Below are positions 23,955-61,700 of a stretch of DNA of 64,000 nt, piece after piece; within the stretch, counting starts at the first letter, position 1, and every line of letters starts with the position of its first letter. The stretch is from Vicugna vicugna (Eukaryota). The notes beneath the pieces are model-generated. The model saw only the letters and a list, made by a program, of their open reading frames with translations, had not been told where the DNA came from and did no database searches. A program made the position numbers and the translations under genes. Location: assembly GCA_013265495.1 (NCBI GenBank), contig MU059403.1, positions 310,001 to 374,000 on the forward strand, read 5' to 3'.

Positions 23955-24329
23955 ATCGCCTCCAGGGTTCTGCTGACAACGCCCCCCAATCCAGGTAGAC
24001 GGCAGACATCGGTTCTCCTTCACCTCTGGAGGCTGGACATCCAAACCGAGGTGAGGGCAGGGCTGGTCTCTCCCGGGGCCCTCGGCGTGGCACGTGGAAG
24101 GCTGCCCTCTCCTGTGTCTTCTCTCAGTGTGTCTGTCTCTGGATCCAGCCCTCCCCTTTTTATAAAGATACTAGTCACATCTAACGTGGGCCCATCCCGA
24201 AAGCCCATCTTAGTTTGACAGCCTGCGCGAAGGCCCCGTTCCCAGACACAACCCCACTCTGAGGCCCTGGGGGACGGGACACTCCGGATGCGGGTCACTG
24301 TGGGGGAGGACACAGTTCAGCCTGTGACA
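23955..24329 (-). mobile_element. MLT1 (ERVL-MaLR) LTR
   Basis: ctctggaggctggacatccaaaccgaggtg...ggggaggacacagttcagcctgtgaca. Confidence 0.8.
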
Positions 24330-26066
24330 GCGACTACCCATGATTTCCTCCCGGGTGTTGCCGCAACGCGTTTTCTTTCCCCTTGCTCCCGCGTCTCCCT
24401 GCTGCCATGTGTATGGCGAGCTGATGGCGCTCAGCTGTCTGTGTTGACTTGCTCGCAGGCTCTCCCCGGGGCTGCCCTGGAAGGGGGAGCCCCGAGCTCC
24501 GAGGAGGGCCGGCTCCGGGCTTCCTGCTGGGAGAGGGTGTGCATGCTCCTGTTACTCACGAAGAGCTGTTGTGGGTGCTGGGTGCCGCGTTACCACCACC
24601 GCGTGGCTTTGGCATCTGAGTCCCCGGGGGGGAGGCTCGGCTGTGGCGGTGGGACAGACAGACTTTCTTGCGCCGCAGGGGCTTGAAGGCGGGAAGCCGC
24701 ATTGCTCTGATCTTTCTCCAGCTCTGACATCCCCTGGTGACCTGGGCTTCCCCGAGCAGGTGCCTAGGTGAGAGCTGGGCAGATGGGAGCCAGGTGGAGC
24801 GGTGTCGCCCTTCCAGGCCTGGCGTGTCCCACTGCAGTGATGCTGCCAGCAGCCCCTGGCAGGCTGAGCGTGGGGAGGTGGCCAGGGCCGGGGTGCTTCC
24901 CGGGCAGAGCCCTGCACTCTGGGGACACCGCCTCCCGCAACATTATCTCTGTCCTGAAGCTCCCAGGCCTGTTCTCCCCAAGTTCTGCAAGGCACGTAAT
25001 ACTCAATAATAATCTCTTTTTCTGTTTAAACTTACCAGCAAGGCTTCTCGTGTCTGCGACTGAGACTCCTGCCCGACAGGCTAGAATAGTGCCGGCCGGG
25101 AGGCTGTCTGCCTTCACGGCATGTTCTAGGCTCTGCGCTGTCCAGCACCGAAGCCCTGGCCTCAGGCGGAACAGGGCCAGTGTGGCCTCAGAACTGAATT
25201 TTGAATTTTATTTCATTTTAAGAATTTAAATTTAAATAGACAAGTGTGGCTGGAGGCTACTCTACTGGATGGACAGTGTTATAAACTCAAGGAGGGTGGG
25301 CTTCAAGATTGACTGAGGACACGGTCGGTGGCCAAGGTCATGGGGGCTCAAATACCAGTCGAAGAGCCGGACTTTCTCCAGAAGGACCAGAGCTGAGGAA
25401 GGTTTTCTTTTAACACAATAAAATGATACGGGCATGACTGTCTGTTGATAGAACTTTGAGCTGCAGTGTGGACGATGGGTTTGACAGGCAATATTGCAGC
25501 TGGAAGCCTAGCCCGGGGGTCACCACTGCTGCCCAGCTGAGCAGAGAGAAGCCCGGGGTAACCGGACGAAAGGAAGGCCAGACTCAGGAGCTGGACAGGA
25601 GACACCCTTGAAAGATCAGCAGATTGATGACATGGGAGGGGCTGGGAGAGCAGCTGTGGGCCAAGTGATCTCCGGATGTGTCCTTTGGAAATGGTGTGAG
25701 TGAAAGTGTTTCAACTGAGTTGGGGAATCACGGAGGAGCAGCGAGCTTGGGAGGTCAGGGTGAAGTCGGCAGGGGCAGGGCTGACGAGCGAGTGTGACAC
25801 ACTGTCACACATCCACGTGGCGATGAGCAGCCCACAGTGGGCAGCAGCTCGGGGAGGCGCTGCTAGGGTGGGGCTTTGTTGTTTCGGTTCACAGAACTTA
25901 GAGCTGCACGTGGTAATAAATAACACTTCTCCCCAGGGCCGGTCCCCAGAATCACAGGGATGTTTTAAAACCACAGACGCACTGCAGGTCTGTTGTCTGA
26001 GAATCTCTCCTTGGTGGTTACCCGAGTCATTGACTCACAACCATTTTCACCATTAAAGATCCCTTT

Positions 26067-26330
26067 CATTTTATTTATTTCTATTATTTATGTATTTACT
26101 TATTTTTCTTTTTGCGGGGAGGTAATTAGATTTATTTCTTTATTTTTTATTTTGTGATAGCCATACTGGGGATAGAACCCAGGACCTCACGCATGCTAAG
26201 CACACACTTTGCCACCGAGCTGCATCCTCCCCTTGTATTTATTTTTACTGGAGGTACTGGGGCTTGAACCCAGGAACTCATGTGTGCTAAGCACTGCCTC
26301 TACCACTGAGCTCTACCCATCACCCCCACC
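26067..26330 (-). mobile_element. Tandem pair of tRNA-derived SINEs with a shared flanking target-site duplication
   Basis: Two tRNA-like heads in the same orientation; flanks aaagatcccttt (26055-26066) and aaagaccctttt (26331-26342). Confidence 0.85.
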
Positions 26331-27399
26331 AAAGACCCTTTTTAAATTAAGTTTTTCCTTGTAGACCTGTTATGAGAAAGATTTTGTCTAATAAAAATAC
26401 ATTTAATAAAGTTAAGTTTTCTGCTCCTCTACAAGGGCATTTTAAAGGAGACATTAAAAAAAATTCCTTCTAGGTGTGAGATAACTAATGTTACTAGGAA
26501 ACCAACAAAAAGTCAGGCAAACCGGACACTTTCCTGTGTAGGTTTATGGTTCGCAAATTTGTGCTCCTCACACAGCTTTTGGCAATGTTGACATAGATTG
26601 CAGATGATGCCCAGTTCTGCTGAGACCTGCAGGCTGGCATCCCTGACAGGGTATAATGATCCAGGGCAGGATGGGGACCTGCCGCCCCCGCCCCCTCTCC
26701 CAAGGGCCGCGCACCTGTTCTGGGAGGGAAGCAACACTTCCGTCAACACCTGCAGGGTCCCACACTGCCCTCTAGTGTCCGATTGTGACAATTGCAAACA
26801 CAAGGACAACCTTTGCTCTGTGTCCAGGGTTGCAGTGAAGTTTTGGGAAGAAGAAATGAACTCGGATGACCCACTCACGAAGTTAACAAGAGCCCTTCAC
26901 CTACCTGAGGACCCCAAAGCCCCAGGTGGAATGTCCTGTGGCCCCCCGTTCAATGCCTCATTCATTCTTTCGTAAATCATTCTTTGTGCCCTGTGTTGTG
27001 CTGGAGCTTGGAGTAGAGAGAAGGGGATTCCTGCCCAGGGGCAGGGCAGGCTCGGGGAGGGAGGTGGGCGCCCCACACCGACCTCACATCCTGTCTGTAC
27101 CTCCCTCTGCGGCACCAGGCAAGTCAGGAGAACGAGGTCCAGAGGAGGAGCCAGAAGGAAGAGGATTGGGCATCATTTTGGAAACACCGTAGACAAAATT
27201 GCGCTCGAACCTGCCTATGCTACTTGGCACCAAGTGGCAGGGGAGGACTGGATACAAACGGACTTACAGCTCAGCGAATCCTAGGTCTTGTGCAGTGTCC
27301 GGGCTGCGGGGCCTGCTGTGGATCCGAGGCCTCGCACACCTGTGTGACATCATCAGGCCCAGATCAAGCTCTGCTGCTGTTGGGGAGGGAGGGTAATTT

Positions 27400-28730
27400 C
27401 CCCGCAGCCCTTCTAGGTTTCGGCTGAGACCCTCTGTGATTAAAGACAGATTGACAAGACAGAATCAAACAGAAGTTCAGTAAAATGTGTCTCCGTTGTA
27501 TGCTCGGGAGAAACCCAGGAGAACTGAGTGAAACTCTGGAGATGGCCCAAGCCGATGCTTAATAGCACTGACTTAAACGCCACCTTTGGCTCAAGGCCAG
27601 AGAAAGAGGTGCGTGTGTGTGTGTGCGCGTGCGTGTGTGCATGTGTGCGTGTGTCTGTGGTGGAGACCAGATGTGGGAGCTGGCTACCAGGAAAAGCCAG
27701 ATGAACAAAGGAAAGATTGTTACGCAGATTTAAGTCTCTGCTTCTCCACTCATAAGAATTCAAGTTTCTTACGATTTTTCTTTAATTGAAAGTATAGTCA
27801 GTTACAAGAAGAAAATTGGCAACGTGAGTCTGGAGAGTTGTGGCCAGGTCCCCAGGGCCCCAGAGTGGGGGTCCAGTCGGGCCTGCAGGTGGATAACGAA
27901 ACCTCAAGACAATGAACAGGACTAGAAACAGACACGCCCGGGAGGGCAGTAGGGCTTCCACTGACACTCAACCTTTCTCTACGATCACCGCCAGTTCGTC
28001 CCAACAGTGAACAGCAGGACCGTACAGTAAGCCTAGTCTCTGGTTATTCACGTAAGTGCAGCAGGAAGGGCAGTTAACTATCGCGGTGCTTCTGAAGTCT
28101 GCTGTGCTGGAACTTGTGAACATCAGGAATCTTACATGGAGGTTTAAAAGCTTCCCCGTGCCCTGCCCCTATGACCAGCAGGCTTCTTCAGTGTCAGGAG
28201 TCCTTAGACCGTGCCCCCCACCCCATGCCAGGGCCCTGCCTTCTCCAATTTCCTTGGGGGTCATGGAAGGTTTCTGTTGGAGGAAAGGGAAGTCGGAAAC
28301 CACGAGAACTTTGGGGTGACATGGAGCCCCAGGCCCAGCCCAGTGAGCGGTGGTCTGGACAGCCCACTGATCTCTGGCTGCCTTCTGTCTAAAGCGTCAG
28401 GACAGTCCCTGTCTGGTTGCTGAAAGGCCAAAATCTATTATTTTGTCGTTAATCTTCTCACGGGCTTAGCAAGTGAATTTTCACTGTCATATCAGTATCT
28501 TTTAGGTTGAGGTCTATGTGATTCTGGATTTCTTTGGATGTTTCCAGCTTTTAGGGAGATATTTTGTAACCAGGCTAGAGTTCATGTTAGCAAAACCTTA
28601 GGCTCCAAAAATGTGTTTTGAAGTTATGTGAAGAGCCTAATTGCAATCATAATTTCTCTTAAATCTTCTGCAGTCTGAACACTTACGTTTTCAACTGTTA
28701 TTTGTGTTTAAAAACAAAACCTGATCGATC
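27400..28730. mobile_element. ERV1 (MER4-group-like) LTR/internal remnants, interrupted by a microsatellite and a short L1 tail
   Basis: cttctaggtttcggctgagaccctctgtgattaaagacagattgacaag motif and an AT-rich leader-like segment at 28430-28730. Family assignment uncertain. Confidence 0.4.
27609..27654. repeat. Compound (GT/GC)n microsatellite
   Basis: 46 nt of uninterrupted purine-pyrimidine alternation. Confidence 0.9.
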
Positions 28731-30589
28731 CAGTTTCTAAGTCCATAGTTTTAAGTGATAAAGAAGCAGAGTCTGAGAGCCTGGGGATTTGACGTGTCTT
28801 TAAGCGATTAGTTTCCAGTGTCACAATCTGCCCTTTGGTCCAGAGCGGAACCCGGGAGACCTGAGGTCGGGGCCGAGCTGGCTTCCCGCGCCCTCAGGAA
28901 GGAAAACCGTGGGAAAACCCTGAAATGAATGGAACTCATTGCCGACAACGACACTTTCGAGCCGAAATGACAGCTATAATCTGGAAGACACGGCTTCCCT
29001 GCCTGAGCTCAGGTGTGATAAAAACAACATCCTGAAGCTCGTTTATGCCAAGTATTTACTGGATGTTTTCCCTCATCACAGTAAAGTGACAGACATCGGC
29101 CCAAATTGGACAGGTGTCGTAAATGAATGCTTTTGACTTTTAGATCCTGAATTGTAGCCATGACAGGAGAATACATTAACTGTAGAAATCACGGGCTCAG
29201 CCTTGCAGGGTCGGTAACACCCGCTGATGAGAAGAACTCGCAAACCTTAAAGGTGGGTTTACATTTTGAACGGCTCCCCTGGGCCCGCCCAGCCCCGTGG
29301 CGCCTGCCGGGGGCTGTGCTGGTCCTGGTCTGTTTTCCCTCTCCCCTGCTGGGAGGTCGGCTCCCTGATTGCTGGCCTTGCTCTGTGGGTGCCCAGCCTC
29401 CCGCTCCTGGGACAGCTGTGCGGTCCCTGCTCAGGAAGCGTGTTTGGACTGAGTGGCTCTCTGTTGTGCGGGGTCATCTGTGTAGTCTGAGTTTCCGTGC
29501 ATCCATTATGAAATTACTGTCACTGTGTAAAAGCCCAGATGCACTGAAAAAGCTCCTGTGAAGGGAGGTGCCCTCGTCCCATGCCAGGGTGTGGAAGATG
29601 CGCTCTGGGTCGGGGACATGTCCACACCCCATGGACCCCACAGACCCCACGCTGGGCTTCCAGAACCTGAGTCACAGGCGGCACTGGGGTCTGCCCTCAT
29701 ACATGAGCTTCACTCACTCTACCCCGAGGTCACAGAGAAGACAAAACACAGGAATTTGGTGGACCCCAGAATTAGGTGACCCCAGGGGGCTGCCCTGGAA
29801 ACCAGGAGCCCAGACTCGCGGCTCCCTTACACGCATCATGTTTTCAGCATCTTGGGAGGCAAATACAGCTAACGGCCTGGGTTGGCATTACTTAGGAGCA
29901 GTGACAAGCTGGATTTGAGGATATACACAAAATATTCTGCATGAAAGCAGTCTGGAGGACTAGTTTAAGTCCTATGAAAGACAGATGTGTGCACCTGTGG
30001 TTGAGAGCTGGATGTCCCCTCGCAAGAGTCCACCTCCTCTCCCTGGTCTCTGTGTGGCCTCTGGGGTGACACTCAGCTCAGCAAGCGGGGACAATAGATA
30101 CAAAACAGAGCCACTATTGTTAGGCGCAAATCCGCAGGGCTTGCATTTCTGTGCATGTGTGAGCAATCCCTGGGCTGGTCCTCAAGGACGTCACACAGCC
30201 AGGGAAGACAGGACCGTGTCCCTGTCCTGGGTGTACAATGGCAGTTTGCCTGCAGCCCTTTAGAAATTACCGGGGCTTCTCAAGTCAGGCCCCTGGCTGT
30301 GGCGCAGCCCCCTGGGTACACCCTCTCCCTGGCCACCCTCCACCACCCCAGGAGCCTGGGCTCTAGGGCACTGATGTGCGTGGAGACTCGCTGTGCGCTG
30401 GGTGGTGGGGCTCTGACCTGGAGTCTCGTGTCTGCATCCGGCATCCAGGAGATTGTGGCAGGTAACTCAGCTTCCAAGAAGGCAAGTCCCCAAAACATCA
30501 CAGTTCCTGACACCTCATCTCCGCAGGTGGACCACACACAGGCTGAAAACTGGGCAGATCTCTGCACGCCCAGTATGATGCAGCAGATA

Positions 30590-30990
30590 GGATAAGGGGC
30601 CCCCGAAAGATGTCACGTGCTGGTCCCCGTGCAAAGGGGAATTGAGGGGGCAGGTGGAATGCAGGTTGCTAATCAGCTGACCTTAAAACAGGGAGTCTCC
30701 TGAGTTATGCTGGTGGGTGAAGTGATGTGAGGACAGTGGGACTCGACACCTGTGACTGAGTCTGAGGGAGGAAGGGACCAAGGGCCAGGGAGTGCGGTGC
30801 CTCTAGAAACCGGAAAAGGCAGGGTTCTGGTCCCCCCTAGGGCCCCCAGAAGGAACACAGCCATTCCCACACCCCGATTTCAGCCCCAGGGGACTCATTT
30901 TGGACTTCTGACCTCCAGAGCTACTGCATAACCAGCTGCCACCAGCAGGTCTGGGGGAATGTGTCACGACAGCAAAAGAAGATTGCACAC
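30590..30990 (+). mobile_element. MLT1 (ERVL-MaLR) LTR
   Basis: ggttgctaatcagctgaccttaaaacagggag...cctctagaaaccggaaaaggca...ggacttctgacctccagagct...acagcaaaagaa. Confidence 0.85.
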
Positions 30991-31384
30991 ATCGATGCAA
31001 GAGGTGCTTTCACCAATCCGGACTCTTTCAGCAGGTGTTTTCGGGGCACTCGCTGCTGCAGCAAGAGGCAGGATTTCTTGTGCGTGAATTCCTCACGGTT
31101 TCGACGCTCCCGCCTGCACCGGAGGTCTAAAGGGTCTCGGGAAGGATCCCTCACCTAATGGGGAAGTGGCCCGGAGAACGACAGCAGAGATGTGTGTGTC
31201 ACCTGCTGACACGTGCAGGCTAGGAACGGATCAAAAGGGACGAAGAAATTAAGGTAGAAAGCCGAAGCCCAACAGGGTAGCTTCTCGTTTTTCCGTATAA
31301 AGATGAGTGTGAGAGCGCAGGAGAGACAGTGGGGACGGCGCCCAGCAGCCCAGCCCCGGCACCTGCATGGCTGCCAACACACTG

Positions 31385-31575
31385 TCCACTGTCTCTCGCC
31401 AGGCTGCACGTGCACCCTCTCCACGTGCACACGAACATGATACACCACTTATGCACAGACATGCGCACATGTGCACACATGCGTGCACAGGCACACGCAC
31501 ATCACGCATCACTTGTGCACGCACTCACACACGCCAACGCAGGTGCACGCACAGGCGTGCGTCCTCACGCGCACC
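31385..31575. repeat. Degenerate (CA/GCAC)n low-complexity tract
   Basis: gcacgtgcac...gcacatgtgcacacatgcgtgcacaggcacacgcac.... Confidence 0.8.
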
Positions 31576-31749
31576 CAGCTCTCGGTGGCAACGGGTGGGG
31601 AGGCCGGCTCCGCGCAGCAGCCCCAAGTCCGCGCGAGGGGCGGGGGAGGGCTGCCGAGCCGCCTACCTGCAGACTGTTATGCGTAACAATACAGAAAGTC
31701 CAACCTTCATAGTTACGCTAGAAAAATATTACACTTCATAAAACCCATG

Positions 31750-31755
31750 TTTATT
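31750..31755 (-). terminator. RPS6KA2: RPS6KA2 distal polyadenylation signal AATAAA (3'UTR about 2.7 kb)
   Basis: Minus-strand AATAAA in an AT-rich island, followed by a U/GU-rich downstream sequence (ttggactttctgtattgtt). Confidence 0.7.
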
Positions 31756-34446
31756 TAAAAAATCTATTCAGAAAGTCTGGAAAGCGTAATAAATATCGTA
31801 GAGTGGCCGCCCATCTCAAACATAAAATAGGAAGCGTGGACACGAGCAAGCCCTGTAAACACGGACGCGCGCTGGGACGCACGGTGCTGCGCGGCCGGGG
31901 CTGGGGAGGGCGCCTCTGCGCGGCGGCGCCCCATGGCTCCTGGAGACGCGCAAAGCGGAGCCCCGCGCGCGGGAGGGCCGCGGAAGGACAACCCCGGTCA
32001 CATCAAGCACTGTGACCGCCCGGAGGCCTAACGCTCTTCCAAACGGCGTCACACACAAAGCTGGTTTGACACCACGGACGGCTTGACCTGGGGGTAGGGG
32101 TGAAACCTCACTCTTGCCCAGTCTGACATGGTGGGGGGAGTGGGGGCGCACCTGGCAAAGCTCTCACCCTGGATGGGGGCAGGGGGGCGAGTCACGTGTT
32201 TCTTTTAAAGTGGGGGTCGCCAGGGTGCAGCGAGACTGGAGGGGTCCCCGCGAAGCGACCGCGTGGCGGTGGGTCTGGAGGCCTGAGACCCAGGCTGGGT
32301 TTCCTCACTACCAAGTCTGTGGTTTTTAATGACCTGGAGGGGTCGGGCTGTAGGTGAGAGTGGGGACGGCTGGGTAATGCCTTGGGCAGTCACAAGCCTT
32401 GGGCAAATCCTGAAAGGCCTTTCGTCACTGGTGGAGGGACCCTCTCCAGGTGAACGAAGAGTCATCACACCTTCATTCACCCACCGACTGCCGTTTATAT
32501 AAAGCCACTCTTTCACTTAAGACTTTGGAAAGTTCAGTCGAAAATACGGTATCAATTTCTCCAGGCTGACCTCCGGTTGAAGGGTTTCAAGTTATCACCT
32601 ACTAGTTTTGCAGGCTGAGGAAGTGGGAGTATTTTAGGGACATTCAAGTAGAGCGGGTTCAGCGGAGCAGGTGCAGCGCGAGCATATGGACCCCCGTGGA
32701 GACGCGGGACTGAGCTCAGGCTGCACACGTGGGCGTAACTGGTGGGTGTAATAGAGGGGCACACACGGAGGACACAGACCGGCCACGCCTCCCATCTGTT
32801 TCTCTGCCTTCTCCCTCCCTCCAGCAGAACAGGTGGGCTTCAAGCAAACCAACATGGAACCAAGCCCCGGCCGGAGGCCCGGGCAGCTGAGGGACAGGGC
32901 GGTGTCCGTGCAGCGAACAGAAAACACAAGGATTATCATGGATTTCTAGGAACCTGCGACTCAGGGTTCCCCAGTTTTCCCTAAATTTCTAATAACAGAT
33001 AACGTAGTTTTGATCTCAAGCAAAATGTGGGTGGAAGTCTTCTGAGCCTCGGGAAAAAGCACTTCCTACTGAGGAATCTGAGAAACGCCTAAGAGGGCTT
33101 TGCGGGAAATCAGGTACCTGAATCTGTCCCCACCTTTTTATTGCCTGTGGTGCTGAGAAAAAAAAAGGGGGCTCACGGGACAGTTAAGCGTCTGCAGTAC
33201 GTTTATGTTTTAAGGTCTGAAGACAGCTAGGCCAAGCTGAGGAGCCAGTTCTAGAGTGCTGCCTTGTTCCTGTTTTCCGAGTTGGGTACTCGAGTGAGTC
33301 GGGATGGAAGGTCTTTTGAGTGTTGTCTTCTTGGTGAAAACCTGTCTGACACCAACAGGCGCCCCCCTGCCACCTAAGCACAGAGGGCTCCCGGCGACAC
33401 CAGACGGAGGGTCATGGCACGGTGGGTCAGAGTCCTCCGGTCAGTGGCAGGTGCCCCCCCCCCCAGTTTGGGGCCAGCTGGGAGGAGACTGAAGGACACG
33501 TGCATCCGTGGCCCAGGCCCGGGCAGTGGGGCTGAGTCGGTCATGCACGGCCCAGCTCACTCTGCCCTCTGCCCACTCCTGTGCACACACTCCCCAAAAG
33601 GGACATTAAATACCACTGACACGTCAGGTGAGGACAGATCTGTGCAACAGAAACACAAACACGACACGGAAGTACAGCTTCCACAAAGTGCATCCCTGCT
33701 CTCCACAACGCGTCCTTCGGCTCCCCTCCGGCACGGGGCGGGGCGGTGGGCAGGGGTCCGAAGGGAAGCTCCCCGCGGCCCTGGAGACCCTAGAGCCGGG
33801 GGCAGGGGTGAGGAGCAGCTGCTGTTGCAGCCCCCGGCCCTAGAGGGGAATGAGGAAAAGAGGCTTTCGCTGGCTCCCTCCTGGGGACACGAACGATTCT
33901 CGTGAGACGATGCTGCCCCCTGTCCTGGGGTGGCCTCGCCCCACTGAGCTCTGAGACGGGGGAGAGCACTGGGGCCTCAGCCCAAAGCGGGGGTGCGACG
34001 AGACAAGGGCTCTTTGGATCATGTGGGGGGGGGGCGCCTGCTCCCGGGTGCCCTGTGCGCCGGTCGCTCTGCCCGTGGACAAGGACGCAGCCGCAGGGGC
34101 CAGCCCTCCCAGGGCCCGGCCTTCTCCCTGGGACCCCCGGCGCACGCGTGCGGAAGCCCGACCACGCTACCGACTGTCCCACTGGAAACGATCTCTCTCC
34201 ATATAAACGCAAGGCAGGACAGCGAAAGGCCGGCGGGGCCCGGTCTGCGGTGGAGGGGTTCCGCCCGGCGTTGCGGGGACGGAGGCGGCAAGGTTGGCGC
34301 GGCCGGGTGCCGGGAGGCCCCCCGCCCGGACCCTCTCCGGGCTGAACAAGCAAGCGCGGGTGAGCCGGGCGCCGGCCGCAGCAGCGAAGCTGGTGACCGG
34401 CCAGGTGGCGGCCCCGAGCCCGGGGTGCGCGGCGGGCCCCGCTCCG

Positions 34447-59379
<24,933 letters not shown>

Positions 59380-61434
59380 CTGTGGGGAGAGCGAGACAGG
59401 GCGCTGAGGGGCCGGCGGGCGGGAACGTGGGTGGGGACAATGTGCGTGCCACTTGCCACCCAGGTGTCACCACACAGTGTACTTCCTAGAGCTCTGGCGT
59501 GTTTAGGAACATATATACAATGTGATATATATTGTATATGACATAGAGTATGGCCACATACTCCATAAAGACATACAAAGCCATGGTTCAAGGGATAAGG
59601 GTTTGGGGACATCTGTGTATTCATTATTTTAGGGCAGTGGTGTTCATCCTTTTTGAGGGAGTGCAATTGTTTTCTTCAACTGAAGTCTGCCAGGGCAGCC
59701 ACGCCTGGCCCCCGCCCCACCCCGGGGAGCAGCAGCAGGAACCCTGCAGCTTGGCACCATCCTCCCCACCCCAGCCGCCTTGGAGCCGGTGCCTGGGACC
59801 CTGCGACTCCGCGGGGACCCAGAACTGATCTGGGTCCTCCCTCACCCACACCCCAGAGTCTGTGCGGGTCCCTGGGGCACCCACTCTGGTTGTCACCAGA
59901 CCCCCTGCTCAAGTCGCGTGACTGAGTCATGCTTCTGTGCTGCTTCACACGTTTGTGCGCTTTTAACAGGCCCGTGGGAGCTCCTGTCAGAGAACCGCCC
60001 ACACCGGGGGTTGGGATTAATTTGGCTGGTCCTGCCTTCGACAAGATGCAGAGGCCACTCCCTCATGCCAGCTGTTCCAAGCCTCTGAGGCTCAGAAGGG
60101 CTCATTCTCTCGGGACAATTCCATTTAGGGAACAACACCGGGCTGGGCAGTGAGGTGGATGGTGCTGAGGTGTGGGTGGGAGGAAGGAGGCAGGGGCAGC
60201 CCAGAGCCTGCGATGCCAGTCAGGAGGTGGGCATCGGGAGAGGCAGGGCCCAGGGGGTGTCTGCCCAGGTGGATTTGGGAACCGGGAGGGCTGGGTTCAG
60301 TCAGGTTGCCCTGCAAACAAGTAGGGGGTGATGTCAACCATGGCGGGGTGGGGGGGGTGGCAGCTGTGCACCTGGCAGTGACACCCCAGGGCTTGGAAAC
60401 CAGGAGGAGGGTCTGGCTGAAACCAGTCAGCAAGGGTTTCCTCAGTCCTGCCTGATTAGGGGGCTCCCCAGGCGCTGGCTGGAAATGCCAAGCCCAGATC
60501 CTTTCTCGGAGCTCCTGCTTCACCAGTTCTGGAATCGGGGACCACGCTGGTCGGGTGAGTCTGGGAAACAGGCACAGTGATTTGTTGAAATCTGCTCTCA
60601 ATCTCCCATCAACGTGGAAAAGCAGATTTTACCACCTGATTTTGCAGACAAGGAGACTGAGGCTAAGATTAGGTAAATTGTCCAGAGTCAAAAGAGACGA
60701 AGGGGCACATGGGAGGAGGGCCTGCGTCTCCAGACTCCTCCCGTCACAGATAGCCGTGAGTGGGGGTCAAGTGCCCGGGACGCACTGACCCGGGCCGCTG
60801 CACTCCCACTGGGGTTCGGCGCGGCGGCTGTGCGTGCACACGCGGGAGCTGGGGGTGCACCTGGGAACCATCAGAGGCGAAGAGAGGAGTTAATTCAGCC
60901 TCGAATTACTTGGTCGCTTCCTGCCCAGGGTGAAGAGATTTCATCAGGGGTAGGTGACTCTGCCAGCCCTCTCCAGAAATAGAAAGATGCTGCTTTCCGC
61001 GCTGACGCACGGGTAGGGGAGGAATAAACCTCCCTGATGCACGCACTTGTCACAGGAAACCTAATCAGCACGCGCAGCTCTGTGCCCTGATTAAATTGCT
61101 GGCTGTTCCTGAGACCAGTGTCCGCCCAGCCTGCCCTGCGGGGGTCACCCATCCTCCTTCTCCCAGAGACTCCCCTTCGGCGATATTTGAGCTGGTTATT
61201 ACATAAATATGCGTCCTGATCAAGCAGAAGTCACATCCTCCTCCCACCCCCAGCCTGCCCCTGTCCTCCTCCACTGCCCAGAGGGGGAGGCGGGGCTAGA
61301 GGGCGGGAGGCAGGACCCGCCCCCACAGCCAGGACTCCTGCTTTTACTATGAGGGGGAATTTACTTGCACAGGAGATTTCTGCTAAAACACACGCTCACA
61401 CCTGGTTGCTGGAGGCCGGGGGCTGGAGAGGGTG

Positions 61435-61700
61435 AACAGCAAAGGGGGTGGCAAGGTACAGAACCGCTGTCATAAAATCAGTAAGTCCTACAGTGCGGTG
61501 ACTGGCTAGTGAGACCGCACGGCGTGTCTGAGAGCTGTGCGAGAGCAGCCCCTAAAAGCTCTCATCACAAGAGAAAACCTTTTATAGCTCTGTGCGGAGG
61601 TGGATTCTAACGAGCCTTATCGTGGAGTCACTTTACAGTACATTCAAGTAGCAAAGCATGACGTTGTCCACTGGAAACTGACACAATCACATCTCAACAT
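61435..61700 (+). mobile_element. L1MA9-like LINE-1 3'UTR fragment
   Basis: aggtacagaaccgctgtcataaaatcagtaagtcc...ctaaaagctctcatcacaagagaaaa...gttgtccactggaaactgacaca. Confidence 0.7.
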
